From: a virus
Lineage: Duplodnaviria > Caudoviricetes
Length of the DNA stretch: 34,849 bases
Strand: one strand, 5' to 3'
Virus record (IMG/VR): IMGVR_UViG_3300016484_000437
Coordinates: 1 to 34,849 of that record
Shown: positions 1-9,887 of the stretch, one piece after another
Numbering within the stretch: the first letter of the stretch is position 1
How the letters are laid out: each line of letters starts with the position of its first letter
Notes under the pieces: generated by a model
Told to the model about the DNA's origin: nothing
Databases searched by the model: none
What the model saw: only the letters and a program-made list of their open reading frames with translations
Made by a program: the position numbers and the translations under genes

Positions 1-1473
1 GGCGCGTTGGCAAGAACGCAAAACCAGTTCGGGTCAATATTTGAAAACATTGGTCGGTCGGTCGTTGCAAACCCCGCCGTCATTCAATCTCTCAAGGCGA
101 TTGGGGATGTGTTTGCGATCATTGCCGATGCAATTTCGGATTCTGAGGGAACGTTCCGCCAGCTCGTGACGGGTTCCGTTCAACTCGCGATCCAGTCGTT
201 TGGAACGTTGCTTGAGATTCTTGCCCAAATCGATCGCATCGCAACGAGCATCAATAGGTTCTTTTCCCGATCGGTGAAAACCGCAACCGAACTTGGCGCA
301 CCATTGTCTGAGATTCAGAAAATCAAGGACAAGATCGAGCGGCAGGACAACCGTCAAAATTTCCTGCAGCGACTCATCACCGCGACCGCAACGGCGTCAG
401 GAAATATTGACCGCTACGCGCAAAAACAAGACAAGGTTGCCGAGACGCAAAAGAAAATCGCCGATGGGTTTGACGACCAAATCAACAAGAACAAGGTCTT
501 GATTGAGCAAGAGGAACAACGGCTTGCCATTCAAGAGGAATTCAACCGCGTATTGAACGAGGAATTCCAACGTCGCCAAGGCATATTGCGCCAATTGACT
601 CAAAACCCATTTGGCGAACGCGATTCGTTTCAGCAACAAAACCGCCTCGGACTTTCATTCGACACGCAACAACGTGTTGCGCAAGGGGTTGGGATCGCTG
701 GTCAAGCGTTGCGCGGGGCCGACGGCGCGAGACAACTCGTCAGCCAAGCGATTGAGGTTGCTGGGAGGGCATTGCTTGGCGTTCCAGGTCTTGGGGAACT
801 GGCGTCGCTTCTATCCCAAGGTCCTGACCAAGTTCGCGAACTGGTCCGGCAATTTGCCGATGCAATTCCTGAGGTCATCACCGCCATCGCCGAGGCGATT
901 CCGGTTGTGCTTGAAACACTTGCCGAAAAGCTACCGGACATCATCACAAAACTGGTTGAGAACGCGCCTCGAATCATCGTGGCACTTGCCAGAGCAATTC
1001 CAACCGTGGCGTTCGTACTTGCCCGCGAAATCGGACGGGCAGCATTGCAATTCACCGAACAAGTTCTTGGCGGGGCCGTCAAATTTGTTGGCGAGATTCT
1101 CAAAGGGGCGTTCAAGTTCATTGACGAAATCGTTCGAGGAATTGGCGACGCGCTGAATCGGCTGGTCGACAACCTGAACCCGTTCAAGGCACTTGGCATT
1201 GGAGGCGGAGGCGACAACCCAGCGGGCGGGGCGGCAGTCGGCGCCGGTATTGGTTTCGCGGTTGGCGGACCAGTTGGCGCGGTTATCGGCGGCATTGCCG
1301 GTGCGTTGTTTGGAAAACAGGGCGGACCTCAAGCGTCAGCGGGGGCGGGTTTTTCAGGCAGTCAATCAAGGTTAAGTTCATCATCTCAACCCGTTCAAAT
1401 CAATCTCAAGGTTGGGGCGCGTGACCTGGCAACGGTCATGACCGACATCAAACGACAGGGATTTGCGACATGA
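1..1473 (+). CDS. Tape measure protein, C-terminal part (continues in frame from 34208..34849; ~704 aa total)
   Basis: Ala/Gly/Ile-rich helical protein with amphipathic repeats (IPEVITAIAEAIPVVLETLAEKLPDII) and a C-terminal glycine zipper; frame open from position 1; followed by tail-tip genes. Confidence 0.9.
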   Translation, partial: GALARTQNQFGSIFENIGRSVVANPAVIQSLKAIGDVFAIIADAISDSEGTFRQLVTGSVQLAIQSFGTLLEILAQIDRIATSINRFFSRSVKTATELGAPLSEIQKIKDKIERQDNRQNFLQRLITATATASGNIDRYAQKQDKVAETQKKIADGFDDQINKNKVLIEQEEQRLAIQEEFNRVLNEEFQRRQGILRQLTQNPFGERDSFQQQNRLGLSFDTQQRVAQGVGIAGQALRGADGARQLVSQAIEVAGRALLGVPGLGELASLLSQGPDQVRELVRQFADAIPEVITAIAEAIPVVLETLAEKLPDIITKLVENAPRIIVALARAIPTVAFVLAREIGRAALQFTEQVLGGAVKFVGEILKGAFKFIDEIVRGIGDALNRLVDNLNPFKALGIGGGGDNPAGGAAVGAGIGFAVGGPVGAVIGGIAGALFGKQGGPQASAGAGFSGSQSRLSSSSQPVQINLKVGARDLATVMTDIKRQGFAT

Positions 1474-2603
1474 GTGTGCACGTGTGTTACCCGAACTATT
1501 TGAACCCTGAGGCGTATTCAGGTTTGAGCGCGTATTCGGCCAACTCAGATTTTCCCGTGACGAACTTGCAATCGACGGCGAGGCGCTCACGCGTCTACCA
1601 GTCGGCCGGGTATTTCAATGTGACCGTGTCGAACAACGTGATTGTTTTCAGGGACGCATCTGGCGGTGCGGACAAGAACGCAACGATTGCCGTTGGAACG
1701 TATTCCACGGTTGCCGCATTCCTCGCTGCAGTCGATGCCGCATTTGAGGCGGCGGGCGCGGCCAACTATACGGTCACGCAAACGGCGGCCAAGAAAATCC
1801 AAATCACGTCGGATTTGTCTGGCGGGGCAACTCATTTTGAATTGAGGTTTGCCGACGTTGCGAGCACGGCAAGGGACATGCTCGGCTTTGCAGCAACGAA
1901 CCTGACCGGTGCGTCAAGTTATACGGCGCCAGATGTCCGCATTCATACTGAGGAACGAATCACAATCGACCTTGGAAGCGCGTTCAATCCGCAAGCGTTC
2001 ATTTTGTTCGGACCAAGAAACGAACCGATTCGCATTTCACAGACCGCAACCATCAAGTTGCAGGGGAATGCGTCGGATTCTTGGTCGTCACCGGCCTATG
2101 ATCAAACGCTCACTTGGAATGAATTTGCGATTGCCAAGTTCAGCGCAACCGGACTCCACTCATCGGCGCTGAGATATTGGTCAATTCAAATCATCGACCG
2201 AGACAACCCTCGAGGTTACATCGAGATTTCGTCAATATTCCTTGGCGATACGATTGACCTCACTCGCGGTTGTCCTCAATTCCCGCTTGAAATCAATGAG
2301 GTTGATTTGTCGCAATCAGAACGAACGCTTGCGGGCGGGTCGTTCACGGCGATCTATGGGAAGACCGCCGAGATTGCGCTCGACTGGCAATTCCTGACCA
2401 ACCAAGAGGTCGAGGCGTTTCGGGACATGTTCAAGGAACTTGGGACCGCATTGCCGTTTGGTTTGATCCTTGACCCCAACGAAGTATTCTCGAGCGACCT
2501 TGAACGGTATTGTCTGCAAGTGAAATTCCAAAGCGAACCAACGCACCGGCTTGACCGGCCAGCGCAATGGTCATCGCAATGGAACGTGGTCGAGGACGTC
2601 TGA
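1470..2603 (+). CDS. Putative distal tail/tail-tip protein with inserted beta-rich domain
   Basis: Directly after tape measure (ATGA overlap); 377 aa; inserted domain resembles one in the tail tube protein. Confidence 0.6.
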   Translation: MSVHVCYPNYLNPEAYSGLSAYSANSDFPVTNLQSTARRSRVYQSAGYFNVTVSNNVIVFRDASGGADKNATIAVGTYSTVAAFLAAVDAAFEAAGAANYTVTQTAAKKIQITSDLSGGATHFELRFADVASTARDMLGFAATNLTGASSYTAPDVRIHTEERITIDLGSAFNPQAFILFGPRNEPIRISQTATIKLQGNASDSWSSPAYDQTLTWNEFAIAKFSATGLHSSALRYWSIQIIDRDNPRGYIEISSIFLGDTIDLTRGCPQFPLEINEVDLSQSERTLAGGSFTAIYGKTAEIALDWQFLTNQEVEAFRDMFKELGTALPFGLILDPNEVFSSDLERYCLQVKFQSEPTHRLDRPAQWSSQWNVVEDV

Positions 2604-2604
2604 G

Positions 2605-3093
2605 ATGGGTTTAATTGTCATTGGCGAGGTTTTCAAAACCGGAAATCAGGAAACGGACCCGCCGACGTTTTTTCATCGGTTCACGCCCGAAATATGGTTC
2701 GAGCTTTTGGTCGTTCAGACGTGGGTCGTCAAATATTTGAACCCAACGACTGACCCGATTGGCATGGCATTGTATTCGGTGGACCCAACGACGCAAATCA
2801 GGAAACTCCTTGCGACGGCTGAGACGGTCTGGCAATTGTCTGAAATCTCGTCGAGCGACTACGCCGTCAAGCAACTCTATTTCAAATTCGCTCAAGCGCC
2901 GACGCTCGCCCCTGGCGTCGAATACGCGTTGTCGTTGCTCACGCCAAACTACGTTGGGGACGACGACAATCATCTCGCGTGGGTCCGATCGTGGCCTGAC
3001 CCGATTGTGGATTTCACCGGATCGGATCAATTGCGGGCCTTGAATCGGTTTCCGTTTCAGGTTGGACTCATTGGGCGGGAGGTCCGTCCATGA
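2605..3093 (+). CDS. Hypothetical tail-associated protein (162 aa)
   Basis: ATG 1 nt after upstream stop; ATGA overlap with next gene; within tail operon. Confidence 0.6.
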   Translation: MGLIVIGEVFKTGNQETDPPTFFHRFTPEIWFELLVVQTWVVKYLNPTTDPIGMALYSVDPTTQIRKLLATAETVWQLSEISSSDYAVKQLYFKFAQAPTLAPGVEYALSLLTPNYVGDDDNHLAWVRSWPDPIVDFTGSDQLRALNRFPFQVGLIGREVRP

Positions 3094-5252
3094 CGTATGC
3101 GAGCGTTCTTGCGAGACAAGCCAAGGAAGTGACGACGTTTGCGAAAATCACGCGCAAGAAAAAAATCCTCTACTCTGAACTCGACGGTTCCAATCAGATT
3201 TCGTTTCCCTACGGAACGCCAATTTCAATCACCGGTTCAGATGGCAACGCAACCAACGGTGCGATCTATACGGTTGTCTATTCAACGAGCGAATGGTCGT
3301 ATGATTCCGCAACTCAGATTCTCACGATTGACGATCCGTTCAGCGATGAATTTGGGAACTCGGTTGCTGACGTATCTGGCGCCGTGTTTTTCGTTGAATA
3401 CGAATCAAGGTTTGCGTCCGAGGAAGTCGTATTTCACGACATACCGACATCAAGTGCGTCAAGCATTGTGAAATGGAATGAGGGAATTTTGAACACGCCC
3501 GAGGTTCGTCGATCGGTCGCCGATGCATTTGGCGGACTTCTGACGAGTGAATCCTCGCCGCTCGTTGTTGCCCACAATGGTTCAAACCTTTGGGAATCTC
3601 TCTACGATGAATCGTTTTTCAGATGCCGCGTTGACATCTGGCAATGCGTCGGACCGTTGAGAACAACGAATTGCCAAAAGATTTTTTCGGGCCTGATCGA
3701 CTCGGTAACATTCAACGACGTGTCCATTGAGTTCGCTCTCATCGAAAACACGCGGTTGATTGACGGTTCGTATCGGGGCCGATTCTATACCTCGGACACG
3801 TTCTCAAAATTGGATCCGTCTTTTGAGGGTCGACCGATTCCAATTTGCTACGGCAACGCGTTGTGGGTTCGCGCCGTCAATATCGACTACATTTCAGACG
3901 GTGCCACGACATCCGACAACCGAGTTTGGGCGGTCTACGACAAACGCTTGATTGAATCAGGAACTCAAAATCTCACACTTGGAACCGTCACGGCATTGGT
4001 TCCACCGGAATACCGAATCAGCGGAATGGCCGAGGCTGACGTCCGCTGCCTCAAGGCTGGCGACAGAATCAGACGATCATCTGACGGCGCTTGGGCGTTC
4101 GTTCTTCAAATCGAATCAGCAACGCAAATCCGAATTGGCGCCAGTAGTCACACGCCAGCGGTTGGCAACCTATACGTTCGACCGGCGATCCAGAATATTT
4201 ATTTCCAAGTTCCGAGCAAACAAGCAACCGTTCTCGCCGCTCAAATCAATGACAGTTCGACAATCAGTTACGGAGAAACGAACGATGTTGTCACGGTCAA
4301 TTTGACCAGCGGTTTTGAGGCGTATGCAACCGCACTTGGAATCACGACGATTGATCCAAATGATTTTGAGGTTTGGGTTGAGGTTTGCGGCGCCCCTCAA
4401 CGTTTGTTGTTTGACGGTGCGTACATCGGTCAACTTGATTTCAACGACAATGTGAGTTGCCTTTATTGGTATCTGACCGAGGTCGTTGGAATTCCTGACG
4501 ACTACATCAACGGCCAATCGTTCATTGATGCAATTGCATCTATGTCGGACCCAGGTGATGAGGCATTGTTCACTCATCCAACGTGGTCTAGTGACTTTGA
4601 GGATCACAAGACGGTGATCGGTCGATTGCTTGCGACGCTTGGCGCGATTGGATATTTCAACAATGAGGGGAAATTCACAATCAAGTTGCGTGGGCTTCTC
4701 GGCACGCCAGATTTTGAATTGACTGACGCTGATTTGATTGGACGGCCACGGTACGAAATCAGGCACGAAGACATGGCGGCATTCCAACTCGACGCATCGA
4801 GCGAGATTGTCGGCGTTCAAACGAACGTACTCAAAACAAAGCCGTCAACTTTTCAAACCGTTATCCGAACGGTTCAGGGTCCCGTCGACGTACCATATTC
4901 GTCGATATACGGTCGAGCCCAAGGCGCACTCGATAACGTGTCAATTCAGACGTACGACATCAATCGGACTCGTGGCGGTAGCAACTTGCCGCTGTGGCCA
5001 GGACTTGAGCGTCGTGCGATCTATTGCGGCCGTCGACGATTGTTGTGCAAGGTCCGGGCATCTGGCGAAGTCTTGGACGCGGAACCGGGTGACATCGTAT
5101 CGTTGACCAGAGAATTGATTCCGGGCGAGGCTCGAGTTGCCGGAACGGAATTCACTCGCAAATATTTCGTCGTTGAAACATCCCGCGAAGGCGCGGCAAT
5201 TGACCTGGTTCTCGACGACCAGTTTGCAATTGAAGAGAATGGGAGCTTTTGA
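3090..5252 (+). CDS. Putative tail tip/baseplate hub protein (720 aa)
   Basis: Size and position; motifs GRPIPICYG and AEPGDIVSL typical of siphovirus central tail proteins. Confidence 0.65.
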   Translation: MTYASVLARQAKEVTTFAKITRKKKILYSELDGSNQISFPYGTPISITGSDGNATNGAIYTVVYSTSEWSYDSATQILTIDDPFSDEFGNSVADVSGAVFFVEYESRFASEEVVFHDIPTSSASSIVKWNEGILNTPEVRRSVADAFGGLLTSESSPLVVAHNGSNLWESLYDESFFRCRVDIWQCVGPLRTTNCQKIFSGLIDSVTFNDVSIEFALIENTRLIDGSYRGRFYTSDTFSKLDPSFEGRPIPICYGNALWVRAVNIDYISDGATTSDNRVWAVYDKRLIESGTQNLTLGTVTALVPPEYRISGMAEADVRCLKAGDRIRRSSDGAWAFVLQIESATQIRIGASSHTPAVGNLYVRPAIQNIYFQVPSKQATVLAAQINDSSTISYGETNDVVTVNLTSGFEAYATALGITTIDPNDFEVWVEVCGAPQRLLFDGAYIGQLDFNDNVSCLYWYLTEVVGIPDDYINGQSFIDAIASMSDPGDEALFTHPTWSSDFEDHKTVIGRLLATLGAIGYFNNEGKFTIKLRGLLGTPDFELTDADLIGRPRYEIRHEDMAAFQLDASSEIVGVQTNVLKTKPSTFQTVIRTVQGPVDVPYSSIYGRAQGALDNVSIQTYDINRTRGGSNLPLWPGLERRAIYCGRRRLLCKVRASGEVLDAEPGDIVSLTRELIPGEARVAGTEFTRKYFVVETSREGAAIDLVLDDQFAIEENGSF

Positions 5253-6370
5253 TGGGAACACGGGCCTATGATTTCATCACCGGGTTTGACCAGACGTCAC
5301 AACCGCAAGGTTCAAGTCCATCTGGCCTTGCGGATTTTGCAACGCTGGAATATGGCGTCGACAACTACGCAATCTATATTGACACAATCGCAAACGCGAA
5401 ACTGATTGCCGCAACATTCCGGGCCGATGGGAAACCACTCTACGTCAAGGAATTGCTGGCTTGGTTTTATTTCGATTCGGCGTCGGCGGCGACGGGTGAT
5501 GATCAAAACGTCATCACGCCAGCCTTTGGCACCGGTCGATGGTTGAGAGTTCCGATCAAGGGTTTTGGAACGTTTCAGGACGTGGCAACATCAGCAACGA
5601 TTGCCGCGATGGCGTCCTCAACGCCCGTGGTTCGATTGACTGGCTCAACCACGACTGAACTCCAAGGCATCACGGCGGGAATCAAGGAACAAATCCTCGC
5701 GCTATACAACGCAAGTTCCGCCGTCATCACGGTCAAACATGAGTCGGGTTCAGCGTCGGCGGCCAATCGTTTGTCGCTCCAACAATCACGCGATGTGACA
5801 TTGCAAGCGGGCGGAGCATTGTTGCTCAGGTACGATGCAACTTTGACCCGATGGGTTCCGGCCGCTGGATCCGGAGCAGGCGGCGGCGGCATGGGCGGCT
5901 TCCCGGTCAAATGGGTTTCCGACGTGAACGCACCGTTGAACGTGCAGGAGAACCTCATGAACGTCTGGCAATTTCAGGCTGGCGGGTCACAAGCGCTTTA
6001 TGCGGTCTACAAGGTCCCGGCCTCGTATTCGGCGGGCACGCAATTGTCGCTGAGATTTCAATGGTATTCAGCCGGAACAAGTGGAACCGTTTTGCTGAGA
6101 ACCGTCGCGACATTGATCCGAGCGGCAACTGACGCCGTGACATCGACGACCAATCAGGAAACGTCGACGAACTCAGCCGTCACGCTGTCAGCCGGAACGG
6201 TGAACGAACCGCAAACGGTTGCGGCGAACCTGACCAACGCGACCGGTCAAATCAATTCGGTTGCGGTTTCTGCCGGCGATCTTATCATCATCAAACTTGA
6301 GCGAGCGACCGACACGGCAACCGCCGATGCGGCATTGATTGCGGACAGCGCGGAGGTATCTGAGACATGA
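5252..6370 (+). CDS. Tail fibre/receptor-binding adaptor-like protein
   Basis: Ser/Thr/Ala-rich, GRWLR motif, poly-Gly hinge (GSGAGGGGMGG); after tail hub gene. Confidence 0.55.
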   Translation: MGTRAYDFITGFDQTSQPQGSSPSGLADFATLEYGVDNYAIYIDTIANAKLIAATFRADGKPLYVKELLAWFYFDSASAATGDDQNVITPAFGTGRWLRVPIKGFGTFQDVATSATIAAMASSTPVVRLTGSTTTELQGITAGIKEQILALYNASSAVITVKHESGSASAANRLSLQQSRDVTLQAGGALLLRYDATLTRWVPAAGSGAGGGGMGGFPVKWVSDVNAPLNVQENLMNVWQFQAGGSQALYAVYKVPASYSAGTQLSLRFQWYSAGTSGTVLLRTVATLIRAATDAVTSTTNQETSTNSAVTLSAGTVNEPQTVAANLTNATGQINSVAVSAGDLIIIKLERATDTATADAALIADSAEVSET

Positions 6371-8418
6371 TGCGTTCAATCTTTGGTTTCATCATTGCGA
6401 CGTTTTTGGTTCTTGGCGTTTTCATTGATCGAGCGCCAGCCCAACTCAACGATTTCGACCGTCAGGAATTCACGTTCGAGAACGCGCTGGCGGGGAAAAA
6501 CCCAGGTTTTGAATCCGGCACCGTTCAATGGACGGCATCGGGCGGGACATTTGTCGTCAACTCGGGAACTCAAATCGTTCCAAACTCGAAACAATTTGCG
6601 ACGTGGGACTCAAACTCGGCCGGTCAAACGCTGCAGACGGCGGCGGTCACGGTTCCAAAAACTGGCAATTGCGAGTTCTCGATTTGGATTGCGGTTCCGA
6701 GTGGAACTGCGACTCACACAATCACGGTCACTGATGGGACCAACGACCTCGTCACCGCGCAAACGATAACGAACAACACGAATGCACTGAAACACATTGT
6801 CAACTTTCCTTGCCCGTCCAGTGGAACGGTTCGCGGGAAACTGACCTCAGTCGCGAGCAACGAACCGTCAATCAGTCTGGACAACGGGCGGCTTGGAAGC
6901 GCGACCAACGTTGGGTCAGTAGCCCAAGCGTTTCACAAAGGTTCAATATTGATGACGGGTTGTACCGACTGGACAAGGAGCAACGTCGCGTTTGGAAATT
7001 TCACCGCAACCGCAGGTTGCTCCTATACCGTGACCGGCGATGTCTTATCTCCGTCGACGTTTATTCCTGGATTCAGACTGCAAAATGTTGCACCTGGCCG
7101 ATATTTGATAATTGCCCGAGGATATTTTGGGAAAACGGTAACAACAACGAACTCAGATATTTCGTTCAGATTTTCTGACGGAACAAACACATTTTCGGAG
7201 CAGGTCGCAATATCGGTGTCATCGTCGAGCGGGCAATCATTCGGAGTTGGAGAATTAACTGGTTCAATTGGTTATACAACAACACAATCGACATTAACGT
7301 TTCAAATTCAAGGACAAACCTCAAACACTGCATCAAGCACAGCGGCCGTCATTTCGGATGACGGGGGTTCATTTGCGACTAGTGAAATCAATGGATTGCA
7401 ATTTGATGTTTTCTATTTCCCAAGTCACAGTCAGCAGGTCGTGACGCCTGAGCAGCAGGGGTGGTGGGCTGCTGGAAATATCTCTGGAGCAAATCCAAGT
7501 TTGGGCGTTGGAAACGTCTCAACATTCACTGAAATCACGAGTGCATCCCTTACATTGACTCCGAAAAGCGGCTCGGCTCCGGTCGGTATTATGTGTTCAG
7601 GAACAAACGCCGCCGCGACTCCATCAACCAGTTCAACTACTTGTTCTGCTGGAAGTGAGTCTATTGGATTTAATGTTTCGGTTCCAAGGTCTGGAGCTTA
7701 TGAGATTTGTTTTCATTTTGCACACAATATGACTTCAAATTCAAATGCAGCAGGGGTGACAACTTTTCAAGTGATCCGAACCCCAACCAATAGTCAGACA
7801 ATTTCAGAAGAGGGCGGTGGGAAAACTCACAGCGGTAATGGCGGCGGGTCAACTTCCGGAGCTAGTAACGTAGCATTTATGTCGCGCTCAGCTTGCGGTA
7901 ATTTCAATTTATCGGCTGGGATAAATGGCTTCCGATTGATGTACGAGCAAAGTGTTGGCCCAACTCCGCCAGTCGCCAGTGATGTCGTAGCTGATGCAGA
8001 TGCTTCCGCTGGGCAGCGAGACATTTATTTTTTGATGAAGCCGATTTCCCAGCAGCAGCAAGCCATCCTCGCGAACAGCGTGAGCACGTTCAATCAAAAT
8101 GGGTCCTATGCCTTTGGCGCGGGCGTCACGGCGGCAGATTGCACAAGTACCCCGTGCACGTTGTATGATGGCTCGACGCCTGGGGTAACGATCACGCGCG
8201 CTTCGACCGGCGTTTATTCGCTCAACTATGCTGGTTTGGGTATAACGAAAACGCCAACGTGCACAATCGGTCACAACCGTGGCTCAGGGGATTATAAGTG
8301 CGACGGTGGTACGGCAACGACAACCTCGCAAACGATATTCTGTTATCAAAACACGACTGGTTCGACATGGGTTGCTGTTGATTCAAGACCGTCGGCAGTT
8401 TGCCTTGCAAACAGATAA
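6367..8418 (+). CDS. Ser/Thr/Gly-rich tail-fibre/adhesin-like protein with N-terminal signal peptide (683 aa)
   Basis: N-terminus MMRSIFGFIIATFLVLGVFIDRAPA-Q; NPGFESG..W motif of CBM-like domains; C-terminal TRASTGVYSL motif seen in fibre tips; 14 Cys. Confidence 0.6.
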   Translation: MMRSIFGFIIATFLVLGVFIDRAPAQLNDFDRQEFTFENALAGKNPGFESGTVQWTASGGTFVVNSGTQIVPNSKQFATWDSNSAGQTLQTAAVTVPKTGNCEFSIWIAVPSGTATHTITVTDGTNDLVTAQTITNNTNALKHIVNFPCPSSGTVRGKLTSVASNEPSISLDNGRLGSATNVGSVAQAFHKGSILMTGCTDWTRSNVAFGNFTATAGCSYTVTGDVLSPSTFIPGFRLQNVAPGRYLIIARGYFGKTVTTTNSDISFRFSDGTNTFSEQVAISVSSSSGQSFGVGELTGSIGYTTTQSTLTFQIQGQTSNTASSTAAVISDDGGSFATSEINGLQFDVFYFPSHSQQVVTPEQQGWWAAGNISGANPSLGVGNVSTFTEITSASLTLTPKSGSAPVGIMCSGTNAAATPSTSSTTCSAGSESIGFNVSVPRSGAYEICFHFAHNMTSNSNAAGVTTFQVIRTPTNSQTISEEGGGKTHSGNGGGSTSGASNVAFMSRSACGNFNLSAGINGFRLMYEQSVGPTPPVASDVVADADASAGQRDIYFLMKPISQQQQAILANSVSTFNQNGSYAFGAGVTAADCTSTPCTLYDGSTPGVTITRASTGVYSLNYAGLGITKTPTCTIGHNRGSGDYKCDGGTATTTSQTIFCYQNTTGSTWVAVDSRPSAVCLANR

Positions 8419-8438
8419 GTGCTCGCTAAAGGAGAAAC

Positions 8439-8633
8439 GTGAAGGAATCCATCCAAACATTTTTTGAGGTACTCGCAACGTTCTTACTGATTTTCGGCGG
8501 GGCATTCGCAATCGTGTTCTTGACGGGTTGCGCAAGCAATATCCTGGTCAGCAATTGCCGTGAGGTCCAGGTCCAGGGCGATTCTAAAAAGCGTTGGGTT
8601 TGCGACAAACAATTTTCCGATCAATGGCGCTGA
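8439..8633 (+). CDS. Small lipoprotein
   Basis: AAGGAG RBS, GTG start, hydrophobic stretch and lipobox LTG-C. Confidence 0.6.
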   Translation: MKESIQTFFEVLATFLLIFGGAFAIVFLTGCASNILVSNCREVQVQGDSKKRWVCDKQFSDQWR

Positions 8634-8666
8634 TTCGTGATTGAATGAAACGCGGAGGATTTGTTC

Positions 8667-8936
8667 ATGCATGAATTTTTCGCGCGTTTTGATTGGCTGG
8701 CATTCATCCTCGCAATCGTAGGTTTTGTCGTTTGGCTGGTTCGTCTCGAGGGTCGCGTCAAACAAAACGAACGCCTGACCGAAATTGCGCAAGGGTCAGT
8801 TGACGAACTCAGAAAACGCCATGAACAATTGGACTCTGAACTGGTTCGCAAACTCTCAAGACTTGAGACCGCAATCGCGAGAATCGAGGGGTACTTGAGG
8901 GGCAAAACCGAATCACAAGAACACATGGAGGAATGA
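8667..8936 (+). CDS. Single-TM coiled-coil membrane protein, holin/lysis accessory candidate
   Basis: GGAGG RBS; TM segment WLAFILAIVGFVVWLV then coiled coil; in lysis cassette. Confidence 0.5.
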   Translation: MHEFFARFDWLAFILAIVGFVVWLVRLEGRVKQNERLTEIAQGSVDELRKRHEQLDSELVRKLSRLETAIARIEGYLRGKTESQEHMEE

Positions 8937-9244
8937 TGGCAAAAGAACTCAAGGAATCAAAAGAGATTGTTCTCGCGGTTGCATACGTTGGCGTCAAGGC
9001 GCTGCAAGCATACAAGACGGCCAAGGCTGACGACAAAATCGACTTGTCGGATGTTGGCGTTGCATTCTCGCTTCTCATGGACCCAGTCCTCAAGGACAAG
9101 GTTGAGGCGGCGATTGCTGACGCGGACAAACTTGGCGAGGAATTCAAGGACGTGAATCTCTTCGACGTCGTCCATGCGCTGGTTCAAGTTCAACCAGACA
9201 TCGAAGCGTTGGTTGCTGAAATCAAGGCACTCAAGTCCGTCTAA
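8933..9244 (+). CDS. Hypothetical protein in lysis cassette (possible holin-like)
   Basis: GGAGG RBS, overlapping start; amphipathic helices. Confidence 0.45.
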   Translation: MMAKELKESKEIVLAVAYVGVKALQAYKTAKADDKIDLSDVGVAFSLLMDPVLKDKVEAAIADADKLGEEFKDVNLFDVVHALVQVQPDIEALVAEIKALKSV

Positions 9245-9273
9245 GATCGGAAAACCGAAACCAGGGGGAAATC

Positions 9274-9522
9274 ATGTGGAAGGCCATCTTCGAGGTCATC
9301 AAGGCGTTGCCGCAATTGTTCAAGTTATACGAACAATGGGAACGCGCAAAACTCAGACGCATGCAAGCCGAAGAGGAACAGCGTCGCAAAAATGAAATCG
9401 AACAAGGAATCGCAACCGGTGACACCGATCGCATTGAACAGGCGATTGGATCCGGAAACGCTGGCTTGCCAGCTCGAGAACAAACCGGCGTTCGCACGCG
9501 TCCAGTAAGGAAACAACCATGA
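9274..9522 (+). CDS. Hypothetical protein, possible inner-membrane spanin-like component
   Basis: GGGGG RBS; amphipathic N-terminus plus coiled coil; overlaps downstream lipoprotein gene. Confidence 0.4.
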   Translation: MWKAIFEVIKALPQLFKLYEQWERAKLRRMQAEEEQRRKNEIEQGIATGDTDRIEQAIGSGNAGLPAREQTGVRTRPVRKQP

Positions 9523-9887
9523 CAAACTTGATGAGGATTTTCGCCGCTTGTTTCATCATCATGGTTTCAGTTGGCGCGACAAGTTGCCAACGAAAAAAGG
9601 ATGATTTGTTCAAGGCCGTCGACGCTGACGTTTGGCTCCATGACAAATTGCCGCCCGAGATTTGCGACCAACATCCGGACTTGAAGGATGGTCTTGGCGT
9701 ATATCGCAAGGTGCGTTGTACCGAGCAAGCAAGGGTTGCAGGGTTGTGCGGTCCAGAGGATAAGCACTACGAGGAAGTGATTCCGTATTGTGACCCAAAA
9801 CTTGAAACCCATATTTCGATGTCAAAAACCGATTTCAAAAAATGGATTGATTTGGCCAAGCGCGAAATCAATGAGTGCCTCCAATGA
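9519..9887 (+). CDS. Lipoprotein, possible outer-membrane spanin
   Basis: Signal peptide with lipobox-like ATS-C; several Cys; directly before endolysin. Confidence 0.5.
   Translation: MTNLMRIFAACFIIMVSVGATSCQRKKDDLFKAVDADVWLHDKLPPEICDQHPDLKDGLGVYRKVRCTEQARVAGLCGPEDKHYEEVIPYCDPKLETHISMSKTDFKKWIDLAKREINECLQ

Noticed and set aside
702-1295. 197 aa minus-strand ORF and similar antisense ORFs (e.g. 4170..4820, 11727..12302, 24265..24729)
   Set aside because: Shadows of well-supported + strand genes; scarcity of TA-containing stops makes long antisense frames common
6367-8418. Diversity-generating retroelement target
   Set aside because: No reverse transcriptase and no template/variable repeat pair noticed
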